DNA of 32,000 bases from Sinorhizobium meliloti (GTDB lineage Bacteria; Pseudomonadota; Alphaproteobacteria; Rhizobiales; Rhizobiaceae), in the NCBI RefSeq assembly GCF_017876815.1, contig NZ_JAGIOS010000003.1, positions 270,001 to 302,000 on the forward strand. The letters are read 5' to 3'. A program made the position numbers and the translations under genes. This document shows, in pieces, positions 1 to 8,698 of this stretch; within the stretch, counting starts at the first letter, position 1; the number at the start of each line of letters is the position of its first letter. The notes beneath the pieces are model-generated. The model saw nothing but the letters and a program-made list of their open reading frames with translations. It made no database searches and was not told the DNA's origin.

Positions 1-453
1 TCCGACGGCAATACGCCCTCCATCGGTTTCCAGTTGTCGCTTCTCCTGCAAAGCTCGGAGAACCACAACCGTGCTCGCCACTGACAGGGCCAATCCAAAC
101 ACGAGGCCAGCTCCGATCGGCCATCCGATCGCCTGCGTGACGATGAATCCAAGCGATGTCACCAGAGCCATTTGACCGAAGGCCCCGGGAACCGCGATCG
201 TCCGTACCGAAAGTAGATCGTGCAAGGAGAAATGTAAGCCTATGCCAAACATCAACAGGATTACACCGAGCTCGGCGAGTTGGCGCGCCAGCGCTTGGTC
301 TGCAACAAAGCCGGGCGTGAACGGACCAATCAAGACACCTGCCAAGAGATAACCGACTAGCGGCGACAGGCGAAGTCGGTTCGCCAGCGTGCCGAGAATG
401 AAGGCAAGCCCAAGGCCGGCAACAAGGGTAGCGATAAGTGGCGTGTGGGGCAT
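1..453 (-). CDS. Cation:proton antiporter, CPA2 family (KefB/YbaL-like), N-terminal part; the 3' end runs off the left edge of the window
   Basis: Absent from the ORF track because it is open to the window edge. The reverse-strand ATG at 453..451 gives MPHTPLIATLVAGLGLAFILGTLANRLRLSPLVGYLLAGVLIGPFTPGFV...ELGVILLMFGIGLHFSLHDL... This is a run of hydrophobic helices with the GYLLAGxLIGP and LLMFxxGLxF motifs typical of Na+/H+-K+/H+ exchanger N-termini. Confidence 0.75.
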   Translation of the reverse strand, partial: MPHTPLIATLVAGLGLAFILGTLANRLRLSPLVGYLLAGVLIGPFTPGFVADQALARQLAELGVILLMFGIGLHFSLHDLLSVRTIAVPGAFGQMALVTSLGFIVTQAIGWPIGAGLVFGLALSVASTVVVLRALQEKRQLETDGGRIAVG

Positions 454-647
454 TTCTCCCGATCCGGTCGGATTTCATTCAGAGGCCAAGTGCTGCACGA
501 ACCTAGAAATAGTGGACTACCACGTGGATGTCTCGATACCTTTCGCCACAAATATAGGATGCTGGCGTCGAGCGTCGTTGTATGACAATTTCTCGGGTGT
601 GTGGGTCTCGCACAGAAGCCATGCTGACCAATGGACAGGAGATCGCC

Positions 648-1364
648 ATGACTTCCATACTGAAGAGCACCGGCGCAGTTGCTTTGCTCCTACTGTACAC
701 CCTCACCGCCAATGCCACTTCGCTCATGATTTCGCCATCCTCCATCGAGCGTGTTGCACCGGATCGAGCAGCGGTTTTCCACCTCAGAAACCAGATGGAC
801 CGGCCGATTAGCATAAAGGTGCGGGTCTTCCGTTGGAGCCAAAAAGGCGGGGTAGAGAAACTGGAGCCGACTGGCGACGTGGTCGCAAGCCCGATATCAG
901 CGCAGCTGTCGCCGAACGGCAACCGCGCCGTCCGCGTGGTCCGCGTCAGCAAGGAACCGCTACGCTCTGAGGAGGGCTACCGAGTGGTGATCGATGAGGC
1001 TGATCCAACACGGAACACGCCCGAGGCCGAAAGCCTTTCAGCCCGACACGTTCTGCCAGTCCTTTTCCGTCCGCCGGACGTCCTTGGGCCGGAGATTGAA
1101 TTGAGTCTAACGCGCTCCGATGGCTGGCTTATGCTCGTGGTCGAAAATAAGGGGGCGAGCAGGCTGAGACTGTCCGATGTGACGCTGGCGCAGGGCAGTG
1201 CAGTCATTGCCCGCCGAGAAGGGTTTGTCGGTTATGTGCTGCCAGGCCTGACGCGGCACTGGCGAGTTGGCAGAGAAGACAGTTATTCTGGTGGCATTGT
1301 TACTGTTTCAGCGAATAGCAGCGGCGGCGCGATCGGCGAACAGCTTGTGGTGAGCGGTCGCTAG
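648..1364 (+). CDS. PapD-like periplasmic fimbrial/pilus chaperone (chaperone-usher family), orphan
   Basis: ORF 582..1364. I prefer the internal ATG at 648, which follows GGAG at 637-640 and gives a signal peptide (MTSILKSTGAVALLLLYTLTANA). The mature part has the two-domain PapD pattern (ISPSSIERV..AAVFHLRNQ..ISIKVRVFRW; GNRAVRVVRV; YRVVIDE; LPVLFRPP; LVVENKGASRLRLSDV; GYVLPG). Confidence 0.65.
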   Translation: MTSILKSTGAVALLLLYTLTANATSLMISPSSIERVAPDRAAVFHLRNQMDRPISIKVRVFRWSQKGGVEKLEPTGDVVASPISAQLSPNGNRAVRVVRVSKEPLRSEEGYRVVIDEADPTRNTPEAESLSARHVLPVLFRPPDVLGPEIELSLTRSDGWLMLVVENKGASRLRLSDVTLAQGSAVIARREGFVGYVLPGLTRHWRVGREDSYSGGIVTVSANSSGGAIGEQLVVSGR

Positions 1365-1974
1365 GGCTCTCGCATAGGTTCCTCCCCGGACATTCGAAAT
1401 ACGCCGGTGTCCCACTGTTGACAGGACTTGCGCGTTGAACGATCCGGATCAACGCCGCACACTTCGCATGATCTTCGCCGGCCGAGTCAAAATTTCGGCC
1501 TCATCAAACTGTGAGGCTTTCTGCGTTAGCTACGACCGGATCGCCGGCCTCTGACATTGCGGCTGTTTCTTCACGGACAATGAATTGGCGCCAACCGGTC
1601 ACACCACCCTGCCGCTCTACTGAGCGCTCATAGAGTGCACTCTCCATCCCGGCCGGAATGCCCGCAGGATTGCCATAGGCTTGCGCCCAGGCTGATATGA
1701 TCTCATCGGTGGCAGCAGCAGCGCCGACCTTGTAGTAACGACACTTGAGGCGTGCGGCTGCGACAGGGCTCTACCAGGCCAGAGTACATAAAGTATGATG
1801 AATCATTGGGCCCCTAATTTCTTATTGCTTCTGCAAGACTACTGGGTAAGATCCTTTCTGCAGCGGCACATCTTTCCTGAATTGCCCTTAGAACTTTCTG
1901 TATTGGCGAGGGGGAAGAAATATTGCGGTGTCGATGCTTGATGTTGCATGAGAATACAGTTTGAACATTGATTG

Positions 1975-2006
1975 AGCCCGGATCGCAAAGGTCCGGGCTT
2001 CTTTCG
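1975..2006 (+). terminator. Rho-independent-terminator-like hairpin (8-bp GC-rich stem AGCCCGGA/TCCGGGCT, 9-nt loop) followed by TCTTTC
   Basis: Read directly: AGCCCGGA(1975-1982) tcgcaaagg TCCGGGCT(1992-1999) ttctttcg. A T-rich tail follows only on the + strand. No recognisable CDS lies immediately upstream. Confidence 0.4.
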
Positions 2007-2500
2007 ACTTCAAAGATTATTGTAAAACTGGGGAGACAAGCCGTTGCGAGACGAGCAAGGCTAGCCTTTTCAAGGTCAACCCTCAAACGCAGCCGTGCTC
2101 CTAAGACTGCGAGCCATGCCAAGGCGAACTTCATCCAACAAATTGACGCCGGCAGGCAGAACCGCATCTGTATGATCGTGAGACTGCAACATGGCTCGAC
2201 CTCTTCGAACTGACCTCTAGCAAGCGTCCCCGTACAGTTTGCCGTCAGCGAAATCATGCGCCTCAGGTGGTTCGCGAGCAAGAGGTTTGCTCCCTGCTAC
2301 GGAGGTCACGACAAGTTCAATATGGTGGAGGGGCTTTCTCGGAGATTCCCAGCCGCCGGGTACTTGGAGGCGTTGTTTCAGGCGATGTTCACGCGGGCCT
2401 CCGCAGCATACCGCAGGATGTTCTCGATCTGTGATCAAAGGGTCGCGTCGCACCGCACCATGGTAGTTGTGCACCGCTCAGCCCGCCCTATTGATCGTCG

Positions 2501-3035
2501 TCACCTCGTGCGTGCGCTGCCCTCATACCTGAACATCATCGGCTTCGGGCGCGCCATGTAACCCGTCTCCACCCAATGCGACGCCAGATCGGTGTGAGCC
2601 GGTCCTGCCATCAGCGCACACCGGCATCGGGTGCCAATCCATGTTCGACGAACAGCAGCTTGCCACCAGATTTGAGTACGCGCCGCATTTCTGCAATCGC
2701 CGCGACCGCCCGGGATCGTGCGCAAGGTCCAGGCGATCACGACTGTGTCGACGCTCTGATCGTCGAGAAAGATGGATACTGCCGTCCCCTCGATGAAGCT
2801 GACGGGCATTCCCGGATCCGGCACTCGACGCGCCATCGCTAGACGCTTTGGGGCCGATTCAAGTGGGAGAACTTCCCGCACAGGCGGGCGGTAAAAGGGC
2901 AGGTTAAGGCCCGAACCGATTTCGGCCTCAACGACTCGTCCTCCGCCACGCCGATCAGTTGCTCTCGATAGGGTCGTCATGGCGCATCGAAAGATCACAG
3001 AGCTTCGGCAAGATGATATCGGTGTAGATGCCCAT
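2501..3035 (-). pseudogene. Class I SAM-dependent methyltransferase (type 11 / UbiE-like), disrupted by several frameshifts and an in-frame TGA
   Basis: Homologous segments lie in different reverse frames. MGIYTDIILPKLCDLSMRHD starts at ATG 3035..3033, then the frame changes to GRVVEAEIGSGLNLPFY...MPVSFIEGTAVSIFLDDQSVDTVVIAWTL. It changes again near 2705-2715 to AVAAIAEMRRVLKSGGKLLFVEHGLAPDAGVR. An in-frame TGA follows at 2611-2613, then WQDRLTPIWRRIG, then another shift to VETGYMARPKPMMFRYEGSARTR*. The 217-aa track ORF is a chimera of these pieces. Confidence 0.7.
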
Positions 3036-3183
3036 GTGGTGTCGCCGTGCTCACAACGACGCGCCCCGAACGTGCTCGGCCATTTATGATAGTTGATTTT
3101 AAGAGATAGCGTTTGTAGGGGCTGCGCCCTTCTGTAGAGTTCGGTCCGGAACATTCGCGAACGGCTGTGGTTATCGAAATCAC

Positions 3184-4683
3184 ATGCAATCGCAGGACGC
3201 CGCGTGGATGGTCAACTTGCCGGGAAATCGCGGAAGCTGCTGGGTGGCCACCGCCGACCGAACGGGCTATCCGCAACTCGACAGTTCGGTACATGCCGAA
3301 ACCGTTGTCGTCGGAGGCGGGATCGTCGGGCTCACCACAGCGCTGCGCCTCCTTGAGGCGGGACGTTCAGTGATCCTTGTCGAAGCGCTTGAGATTGGTC
3401 AACAGGTGACCGGCCGCTCGACAGCAAAGATCACCACGCAGCACGCGCTGATCTACCGCCATCTGGTCGACACTTGCGGTCTGCCCACGGCGCGCAACTA
3501 TACCGAGGCGAATTCGGCAGGAGTCGAACTGATCAAGGACTGGATCCGGGAATATGGGATCGCCTGCGATCTGGAATGCAAGAATGCATACTCCTACGCC
3601 ACGAACTCGAAAGGACGCGAAGAGATCGAGGCCGAGGCAGAGGCTGCACGGCAAGTCGGGCTGCAGGCGGAGGTACTCGACCGCGCACCGCTTCCCTTCG
3701 AGACGGTCGGCGCGCTTTGTTTTGCCGACCAGGCGCAATTCAATCCGGCCAAATACCTTGTCGGATTGGCGCATACCGTTGCGAACCGGGGTGGCCGCCT
3801 CTTCGAACACAGCCGCGCGATCCTGATAGGCGAGGCGAGCCGGTGGCGCGTCGTTACCGCTTACGGGACAGTTCACGCGGAAAACATGGTTGTTGCGACG
3901 AACATGACCGTCAAGAGCCCGGTAGGGATGGCAAACCGAACGCAGCCGCGGTGTCATACCGCAATGGCCTTCCGCGTTGATGATCCGCTCGTCGTTGATG
4001 GTATGTTCATCGGTATTGATGATCCCATGCACTCGTTACGAACCGGCCGGGATGACAGAGGTCCTCTGCTTGTCGTGCTAGGCCCCAAGTTCAACACCGG
4101 TCAGGATGGGAACGTCGCGGCACGATTCGTCGACCTGGAAGAGTGGGCGCGAAAGAACCTGCCCGTCGGCGATGTTGCCTGGCGTTGGTGCAATGAGGAC
4201 TACGACACGGCGGATCGAGTGCCTTTTGTCGGCGAACCCGATCCCGACAACGCTCCGGGCTTCCACATCGCCACTGGCTTCAATGCCTGGGGCATCAGCA
4301 ATGGGACCGCAGCTGGCATGATGATCGCGGACACGATCCAAGGCCGGTCCAGTCCATGGCAGAGGCTTTACAATCCGACCCGGACCTACCCCAAGGATTA
4401 TCACCAGAACGGCGAAAGCCAGTCAATCGTCGGACGTGCCGACGACATCCCGCCGGGCGAAGGCGGAGTGATCCTCAGGGGTGACGACAAGATCGCGGTG
4501 TGTCGGGATATCGAAGGATCCCTCCACGCCGTGTCCGCAACCTGCACGCACAAGGGCTGCACGGTGACGTGGAACAACGCCGATGGGACTTGGGATTGCC
4601 CCTGCCACGGCTCGATCTTCGCATCGGACGGGTCGGTCATTCATGGTCCGGCGCGCAAGCCGCTTGCCCCCGTGAAGCTATGA
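3184..4683 (+). CDS. FAD-dependent oxidoreductase with C-terminal Rieske [2Fe-2S] domain
   Basis: N-terminal dinucleotide-binding fold VVVGGGIVGLTTALRLLEAGRSVILVEA. The C-terminal Rieske ligands are CTHKGC...(17 aa)...CPCHGS (about 4540-4620). The start is uncertain: 3184, or the in-frame ATG at 3208. Confidence 0.85.
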   Translation: MQSQDAAWMVNLPGNRGSCWVATADRTGYPQLDSSVHAETVVVGGGIVGLTTALRLLEAGRSVILVEALEIGQQVTGRSTAKITTQHALIYRHLVDTCGLPTARNYTEANSAGVELIKDWIREYGIACDLECKNAYSYATNSKGREEIEAEAEAARQVGLQAEVLDRAPLPFETVGALCFADQAQFNPAKYLVGLAHTVANRGGRLFEHSRAILIGEASRWRVVTAYGTVHAENMVVATNMTVKSPVGMANRTQPRCHTAMAFRVDDPLVVDGMFIGIDDPMHSLRTGRDDRGPLLVVLGPKFNTGQDGNVAARFVDLEEWARKNLPVGDVAWRWCNEDYDTADRVPFVGEPDPDNAPGFHIATGFNAWGISNGTAAGMMIADTIQGRSSPWQRLYNPTRTYPKDYHQNGESQSIVGRADDIPPGEGGVILRGDDKIAVCRDIEGSLHAVSATCTHKGCTVTWNNADGTWDCPCHGSIFASDGSVIHGPARKPLAPVKL

Positions 4684-4813
4684 AGCAGCCGCAAAGAGCA
4701 GGTGAACGCATTCGAACGACGTCATGCGGTCCTTTTTGCTTGGGGGCGTGCGGCCTAGAGACTTCTGGAGTATGCTGAAGAACCTTGCACTCCGAGTAGA
4801 CGGAGAAGGAGCC

Positions 4814-7800
4814 ATGGACATCGGTGCCTGGCTGCGCGATCAAGGGCTGGGACAGTACGAAGGAACGTTCCGCCAAAACGACATCGATCCTGAAGTACTC
4901 AGGCACCTTACGGCCGAGGATCTGATTGGGGTCGGCGTCGCTTCAGTAGGGCACCGTCGTAAACTGCTTGCCGCCATCGCCGCACTGCGTGAGGTCGCTG
5001 AACAACCGAGCGGCGCAGCTGGGTTTGGCGCGACACCTGTAATCAACCCGGAGGCGGAGCGTCGTCAGCTCACGGTAATGTTCGTCGACCTTGTCGAATC
5101 GACCAGGCTTTCCTCACGACTCGATCCAGAGGAGATGGGCGAACTGCTGCGGGGCTATCAGCGTGCGGTGGCGGGTGCGATCGCGCGATTCGAAGGACAC
5201 GTTGCCAAGTACATGGGCGATGGCGTGCTCGCTTACTTTGGCTATCCGCGCGCTCACGAGGATGAGGCCGAGCGAGCGGTGCGAGCGGGGCTCGCGGCCA
5301 TCGACGCAGTGCGGAAGCTGCAACCACCGCATGGGGAGACGCTGGAAGCTCGCGTCGGCATCGCGACCGGCTTGGTTGTTGTCGGCGAACTGATTGGCGA
5401 AGGTGCAGCGCGTGAGGAGACGGTAATCGGCGAAACACCCAATTTAGCGGCACGACTACAAAGTGTCGCCGAGCCGGGAGCTGTGGTGGTAGCATCCGCT
5501 ACCCGGCAGCTGATAGGCGGTCTGTTCGATCTCGCCGAACTCGGCTTCCACCCGTTGAAGGGTTTTGCTGCTTCGATACCTGCTTGGCGAGTGCTCGGTG
5601 AAAGCTCTGCGGAAAGCCGCTTCGAGGCGTTCCACGGGGCGAGCCTGACCCCGCTCGTCGGTCGCGAGCACGACATAGGCCTCCTGCTGAAGCGCTGGGA
5701 GGCAGTCAAAAAGGGAAAAGGCCGCGTGGTGCTGTTAGCGGGCGAGCCCGGCATCGGCAAGTCGCGTCTTGTTCGTGCCTTGCGCCGGCGTCTGGAAGGC
5801 GTGCCGCATACGACCGTAAGTCACTACTGCTCGCCATATCATCAGACCAGCCCGCTTTATCCGGTTATCCGCCTTCTGGAGCGGGCAGCTGGTTTCGCCG
5901 CGGAGGATCCCCCCGAAGTGAAACTGAGCAAGCTCGAAGCGCTGCTCACGCAATCCATCGAAGAGGTCGCGGACGCGGCTCCGCTGCTCGCGGCGTTGCT
6001 GTCGGTGCCAGCGGACGATCGCTATCAGCCATTGGAGTTGAGCCCGCACCGGCAGAAGAAGCGAATGCTGGAGGTACTCGTCGACCAGCTCATCGGGCTC
6101 GCGGCACGTCAGCCCATTCTGGCAGTATACGAGGACGTGCATTGGGCTGATCCGACATCGCTTGAGTTGCTGGATCTTGTTGTTGACCGCGTGCAAGACT
6201 CGCCGGTGCTGGTGCTCATCACATTCCGCACCGAGTTTCTCCCACCGTGGACGCGCTATCCCCATGTCACCGTTTTGACCCTTAGTCGTTTGAGCCGTCG
6301 GCAAGGCGCAGAGATGGTCGACCGGCTGACCGGCCGCAGGGCTCTGCCTACCGAAGTGCTTGATCAGATCGTCGCAAAGACGGACGGCGTTCCGCTCTTC
6401 GTGGAGGAACTGACGCGCGCGATATTGGAGACCAGCTTGCTTAAAGCCGAGGGCGATCACTACGCTCTCGCGAGGCCGCTGTCGGCAATCTCTATTCCAG
6501 CTACGCTTCACGAGTCGTTATTGGCCCGGCTCGATCGACTTGCGCCCGCCAGGGAGGTGATGCAGGTGGCGGCCGCAATCGGTCGAGAATTCTCGCATGA
6601 GTTGCTCGTGACCGCCGCGCCGTTGCAGGCCAGCGAGGTAGAGGAAGCACTGGAGGACCTCATTGCCTCGGGTTTGGTGTTCCGCCACGGGACTCCCCCG
6701 CAACTGACCTATAGCTTCAAGCACGCGCTCGTACGCGACGCCGCCTACGCCACCCTTGTGCGCACGAAACGACAACGGTTGCACGCGGCGATTGCCACAG
6801 CGATCGAGCAACGCTTCCCCGAAATGGTGCAGACGCAGCCGGAACTTTTGGCCCAGCACTATGCGGAGGCGGGCCGGCTAGAACCCGCGGTCAATTATTG
6901 GCTCAGAGCCGGGCAAGCAGAGATTGCGCGATCCGCAACGACCGAAGCGATTAGCCATCTGACAAGAGGGCTGGAGCTGCTTGAAGGGCTGCCTGATGAT
7001 GCTGCGCGATTGAGAAAGGAACTCGAATTGCAAGTCGCTCTCAGCGTCGCCCTCATGACTGCCAAGGGTTGGGCAGCGCCCGAGGTTGGCCGGGCAAATG
7101 CGCGAGCGCGCAATTTATGCGAGCGGCTGGGGGACAAAAGCAGGCTCTTCCCTGTCCTTTATGGGGACTGGGTCTTCCACGTCGTGCGCGCTGAGCTGGA
7201 GGCGGGGAGGAAGGCGGGAGAGGAACTGCTCCGGCGCGCGCAGGAAGAACGGGAGGTGTCCGCTGAAATCGTCGGCAAGCGCATCGCCGGAACCGGTGCG
7301 TTCCTTCGCGGCGAGATCGCTAATGCCCGTGAATATCTGGAACGGTCGCTCGCACTCTATGACCCGCAGCAACACCGCGCCCTCGCGTTCCTGTTCGCCC
7401 AGGACCCTCGGGTGGCGGGGCTGTCGGTCCTCTCCTTGACCCTCTTCGCTCTTGGGTATCCCGAGCAGGCCCAGGCGAGAAGTAACGAGGCATTGGCGGA
7501 CGCAAGGGAACTTTCTCACAGCAACACGCTCGGTTTCGCCCTGCTCTACGGCTGCATCCTGTCGCAGCTTCGCGGTGATTGGCGAGAAGCCCGAGACCGG
7601 GCAGATTCACTAATCACGCTCGCAAGAGCGCAGGGTTCTCCGCATTTCCTCGGTGCCGGTAAAATTGTGCAAGGTTGGACGTTAGGACAGACGGGTGAGT
7701 TACCGGCGGCCAGCACGAAGGTGCAAGAAGGCTTAGCGTCATGGCAGATGACTGGAGCGAGATTCCTGGTTCCATACTTTTTGAGCTTGCTCGCGCGCGT

Positions 7801-8203
7801 CGAGACCCAGAGCGCAGGAGCAAAGCGAGCCTTGGATTTGCTGACCGACGCGCTGCAGCGAGCGCGCGAAACGGGCGAGCGGTGGTTCGAGGCGGAATTG
7901 CATCGGCTGACGGGCGAGCTGATGCTGCAGCTGCCCGCGTTTGATCGTGCCGAGGGGGAAGCACGGCTCCAGCACGCGGTCGAACTAGCGCGAGGGCAAG
8001 GCGCTGACTTGTGGGAGTTGCGCGCAGCGACAAGCCTAGCCCGACTAAGGATCGGGCAGAACCGGTTCGGCGACGTTCATCACCTGCTTGCGCCACTCTG
8101 CGGCAAGTTTGCGGAGGGTTTCGCGACAACGGATCTGCAATCTGCCCAACGGCTGCTTCGTGAGGCAGCCGGTTTCGATGGCGCGATCAAGTCATCCGAC
8201 TAG
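4814..8203 (+). CDS. Multidomain signalling protein: SAM domain, class III adenylate/guanylate cyclase, P-loop (AAA_16/STAND-type) ATPase, TPR-like repeats
   Basis: ORF 4724..8203. The ATG at 4814 follows GGAGAAGGAG. SAM-like N-terminus: MDIGAWLRDQGLGQYEGTFRQNDIDPEVLRHLTAEDLIGVGVASVGHRRKLLAAIAAL. Cyclase motifs: RRQLTVMFVDLVEST, AKYMGDGVLAYFG, GETPNLAARLQS. Walker A is LLAGEPGIGKSRL (5741-5764) and Walker B-like is ILAVYEDVHWADPTSLELL. The C-terminal ~450 aa are helical repeats. Confidence 0.85.
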   Translation: MDIGAWLRDQGLGQYEGTFRQNDIDPEVLRHLTAEDLIGVGVASVGHRRKLLAAIAALREVAEQPSGAAGFGATPVINPEAERRQLTVMFVDLVESTRLSSRLDPEEMGELLRGYQRAVAGAIARFEGHVAKYMGDGVLAYFGYPRAHEDEAERAVRAGLAAIDAVRKLQPPHGETLEARVGIATGLVVVGELIGEGAAREETVIGETPNLAARLQSVAEPGAVVVASATRQLIGGLFDLAELGFHPLKGFAASIPAWRVLGESSAESRFEAFHGASLTPLVGREHDIGLLLKRWEAVKKGKGRVVLLAGEPGIGKSRLVRALRRRLEGVPHTTVSHYCSPYHQTSPLYPVIRLLERAAGFAAEDPPEVKLSKLEALLTQSIEEVADAAPLLAALLSVPADDRYQPLELSPHRQKKRMLEVLVDQLIGLAARQPILAVYEDVHWADPTSLELLDLVVDRVQDSPVLVLITFRTEFLPPWTRYPHVTVLTLSRLSRRQGAEMVDRLTGRRALPTEVLDQIVAKTDGVPLFVEELTRAILETSLLKAEGDHYALARPLSAISIPATLHESLLARLDRLAPAREVMQVAAAIGREFSHELLVTAAPLQASEVEEALEDLIASGLVFRHGTPPQLTYSFKHALVRDAAYATLVRTKRQRLHAAIATAIEQRFPEMVQTQPELLAQHYAEAGRLEPAVNYWLRAGQAEIARSATTEAISHLTRGLELLEGLPDDAARLRKELELQVALSVALMTAKGWAAPEVGRANARARNLCERLGDKSRLFPVLYGDWVFHVVRAELEAGRKAGEELLRRAQEEREVSAEIVGKRIAGTGAFLRGEIANAREYLERSLALYDPQQHRALAFLFAQDPRVAGLSVLSLTLFALGYPEQAQARSNEALADARELSHSNTLGFALLYGCILSQLRGDWREARDRADSLITLARAQGSPHFLGAGKIVQGWTLGQTGELPAASTKVQEGLASWQMTGARFLVPYFLSLLARVETQSAGAKRALDLLTDALQRARETGERWFEAELHRLTGELMLQLPAFDRAEGEARLQHAVELARGQGADLWELRAATSLARLRIGQNRFGDVHHLLAPLCGKFAEGFATTDLQSAQRLLREAAGFDGAIKSSD

Positions 8204-8209
8204 TCAGCC

Positions 8210-8640
8210 GAGCTGCATTATGCTGCAGCGGGTCGTGCGAGCGGAGCGGAGGCACGACATGCCTTTTAAAGTAGGCCGAGCGACGCCATAAATACGTGGC
8301 GCCTGCGTAGTTCCGCTCCGGTTATGGACGCCGCTGCACGGGCCAAAATTGCCGGATCGGCATGACGGAGGAGCAGTTTCGATCCAAGGTCGGCGGCGGC
8401 GGTCCGGTAGAGCAGAGGTTGTCGAAGCACGCCTGTCGCGCAAAAAGAGAGATGGTGATCAGAAGTCGGCCGAGGCGGCCATTGCCGTCCGGGAAAGGAT
8501 GAATGGTTTAACTGGACATGGATCAGGCCGGCCTTGAGCTACGGCGGAATGCTCGGCGTTTCTTCATGAATGAATCTTGCCCAGTGACGAAGGCACGTCA
8601 CGACTCGTTTGGCGTCGGTCGGTACGAACGTAGCGTTTCC
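8210..8640 (-). pseudogene. Fic-domain (AMPylase/Doc superfamily) gene remnant with frameshifts and stop codons
   Basis: The reverse strand reads TIHPFPDGNGRLGRLLITISL, with the HPFxDGNGRxxR motif at 8501..8466. It is preceded by a TAA where FE is expected, after LKAGLIHVQ. An in-frame TAG sits inside IPP*LKAG, and WARFIHEE and RDVPSSLGKIH lie in further frames. GVLRQPLLY downstream is in a shifted frame. Boundaries are approximate. Confidence 0.6.
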
Positions 8641-8698
8641 CGTCCGTGTGCCGCCGATCCAATTCTATGAGTTGGCCTTTCAACGTAAGGAGACAGTT

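Noticed and set aside
582-647. Longer N-terminus (start at 582) for the fimbrial chaperone
   Set aside because: It would add 22 residues ahead of an otherwise canonical signal peptide. The ATG at 648 has a GGAG at suitable spacing.
1503-1760. Start-less ~85-codon minus-strand reading frame (…KCRYYKVGAAAATDEIISAWAQAYGNPAGIPAGMESALYERSVERQGGVTGWRQFIVREE…)
   Set aside because: Its codon usage looks protein-like, so it may be a 3' gene fragment. It has no start codon upstream of an in-frame TAG, and I cannot assign a family. It is not reported as a feature.
1814-2561. ORFs 1814-2281 (-), 2217-2474 (-), 2239-2466 (+) and 2256-2561 (+)
   Set aside because: They overlap one another, and none has an RBS or a recognisable family pattern. 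The region is treated as decayed or non-coding, with a possible sRNA (see findings).
5735-6511. 258-aa minus-strand ORF, plus other minus-strand ORFs between 4840 and 8129
   Set aside because: They are antisense to the 1129-aa cyclase-ATPase-TPR gene and show no independent signals.
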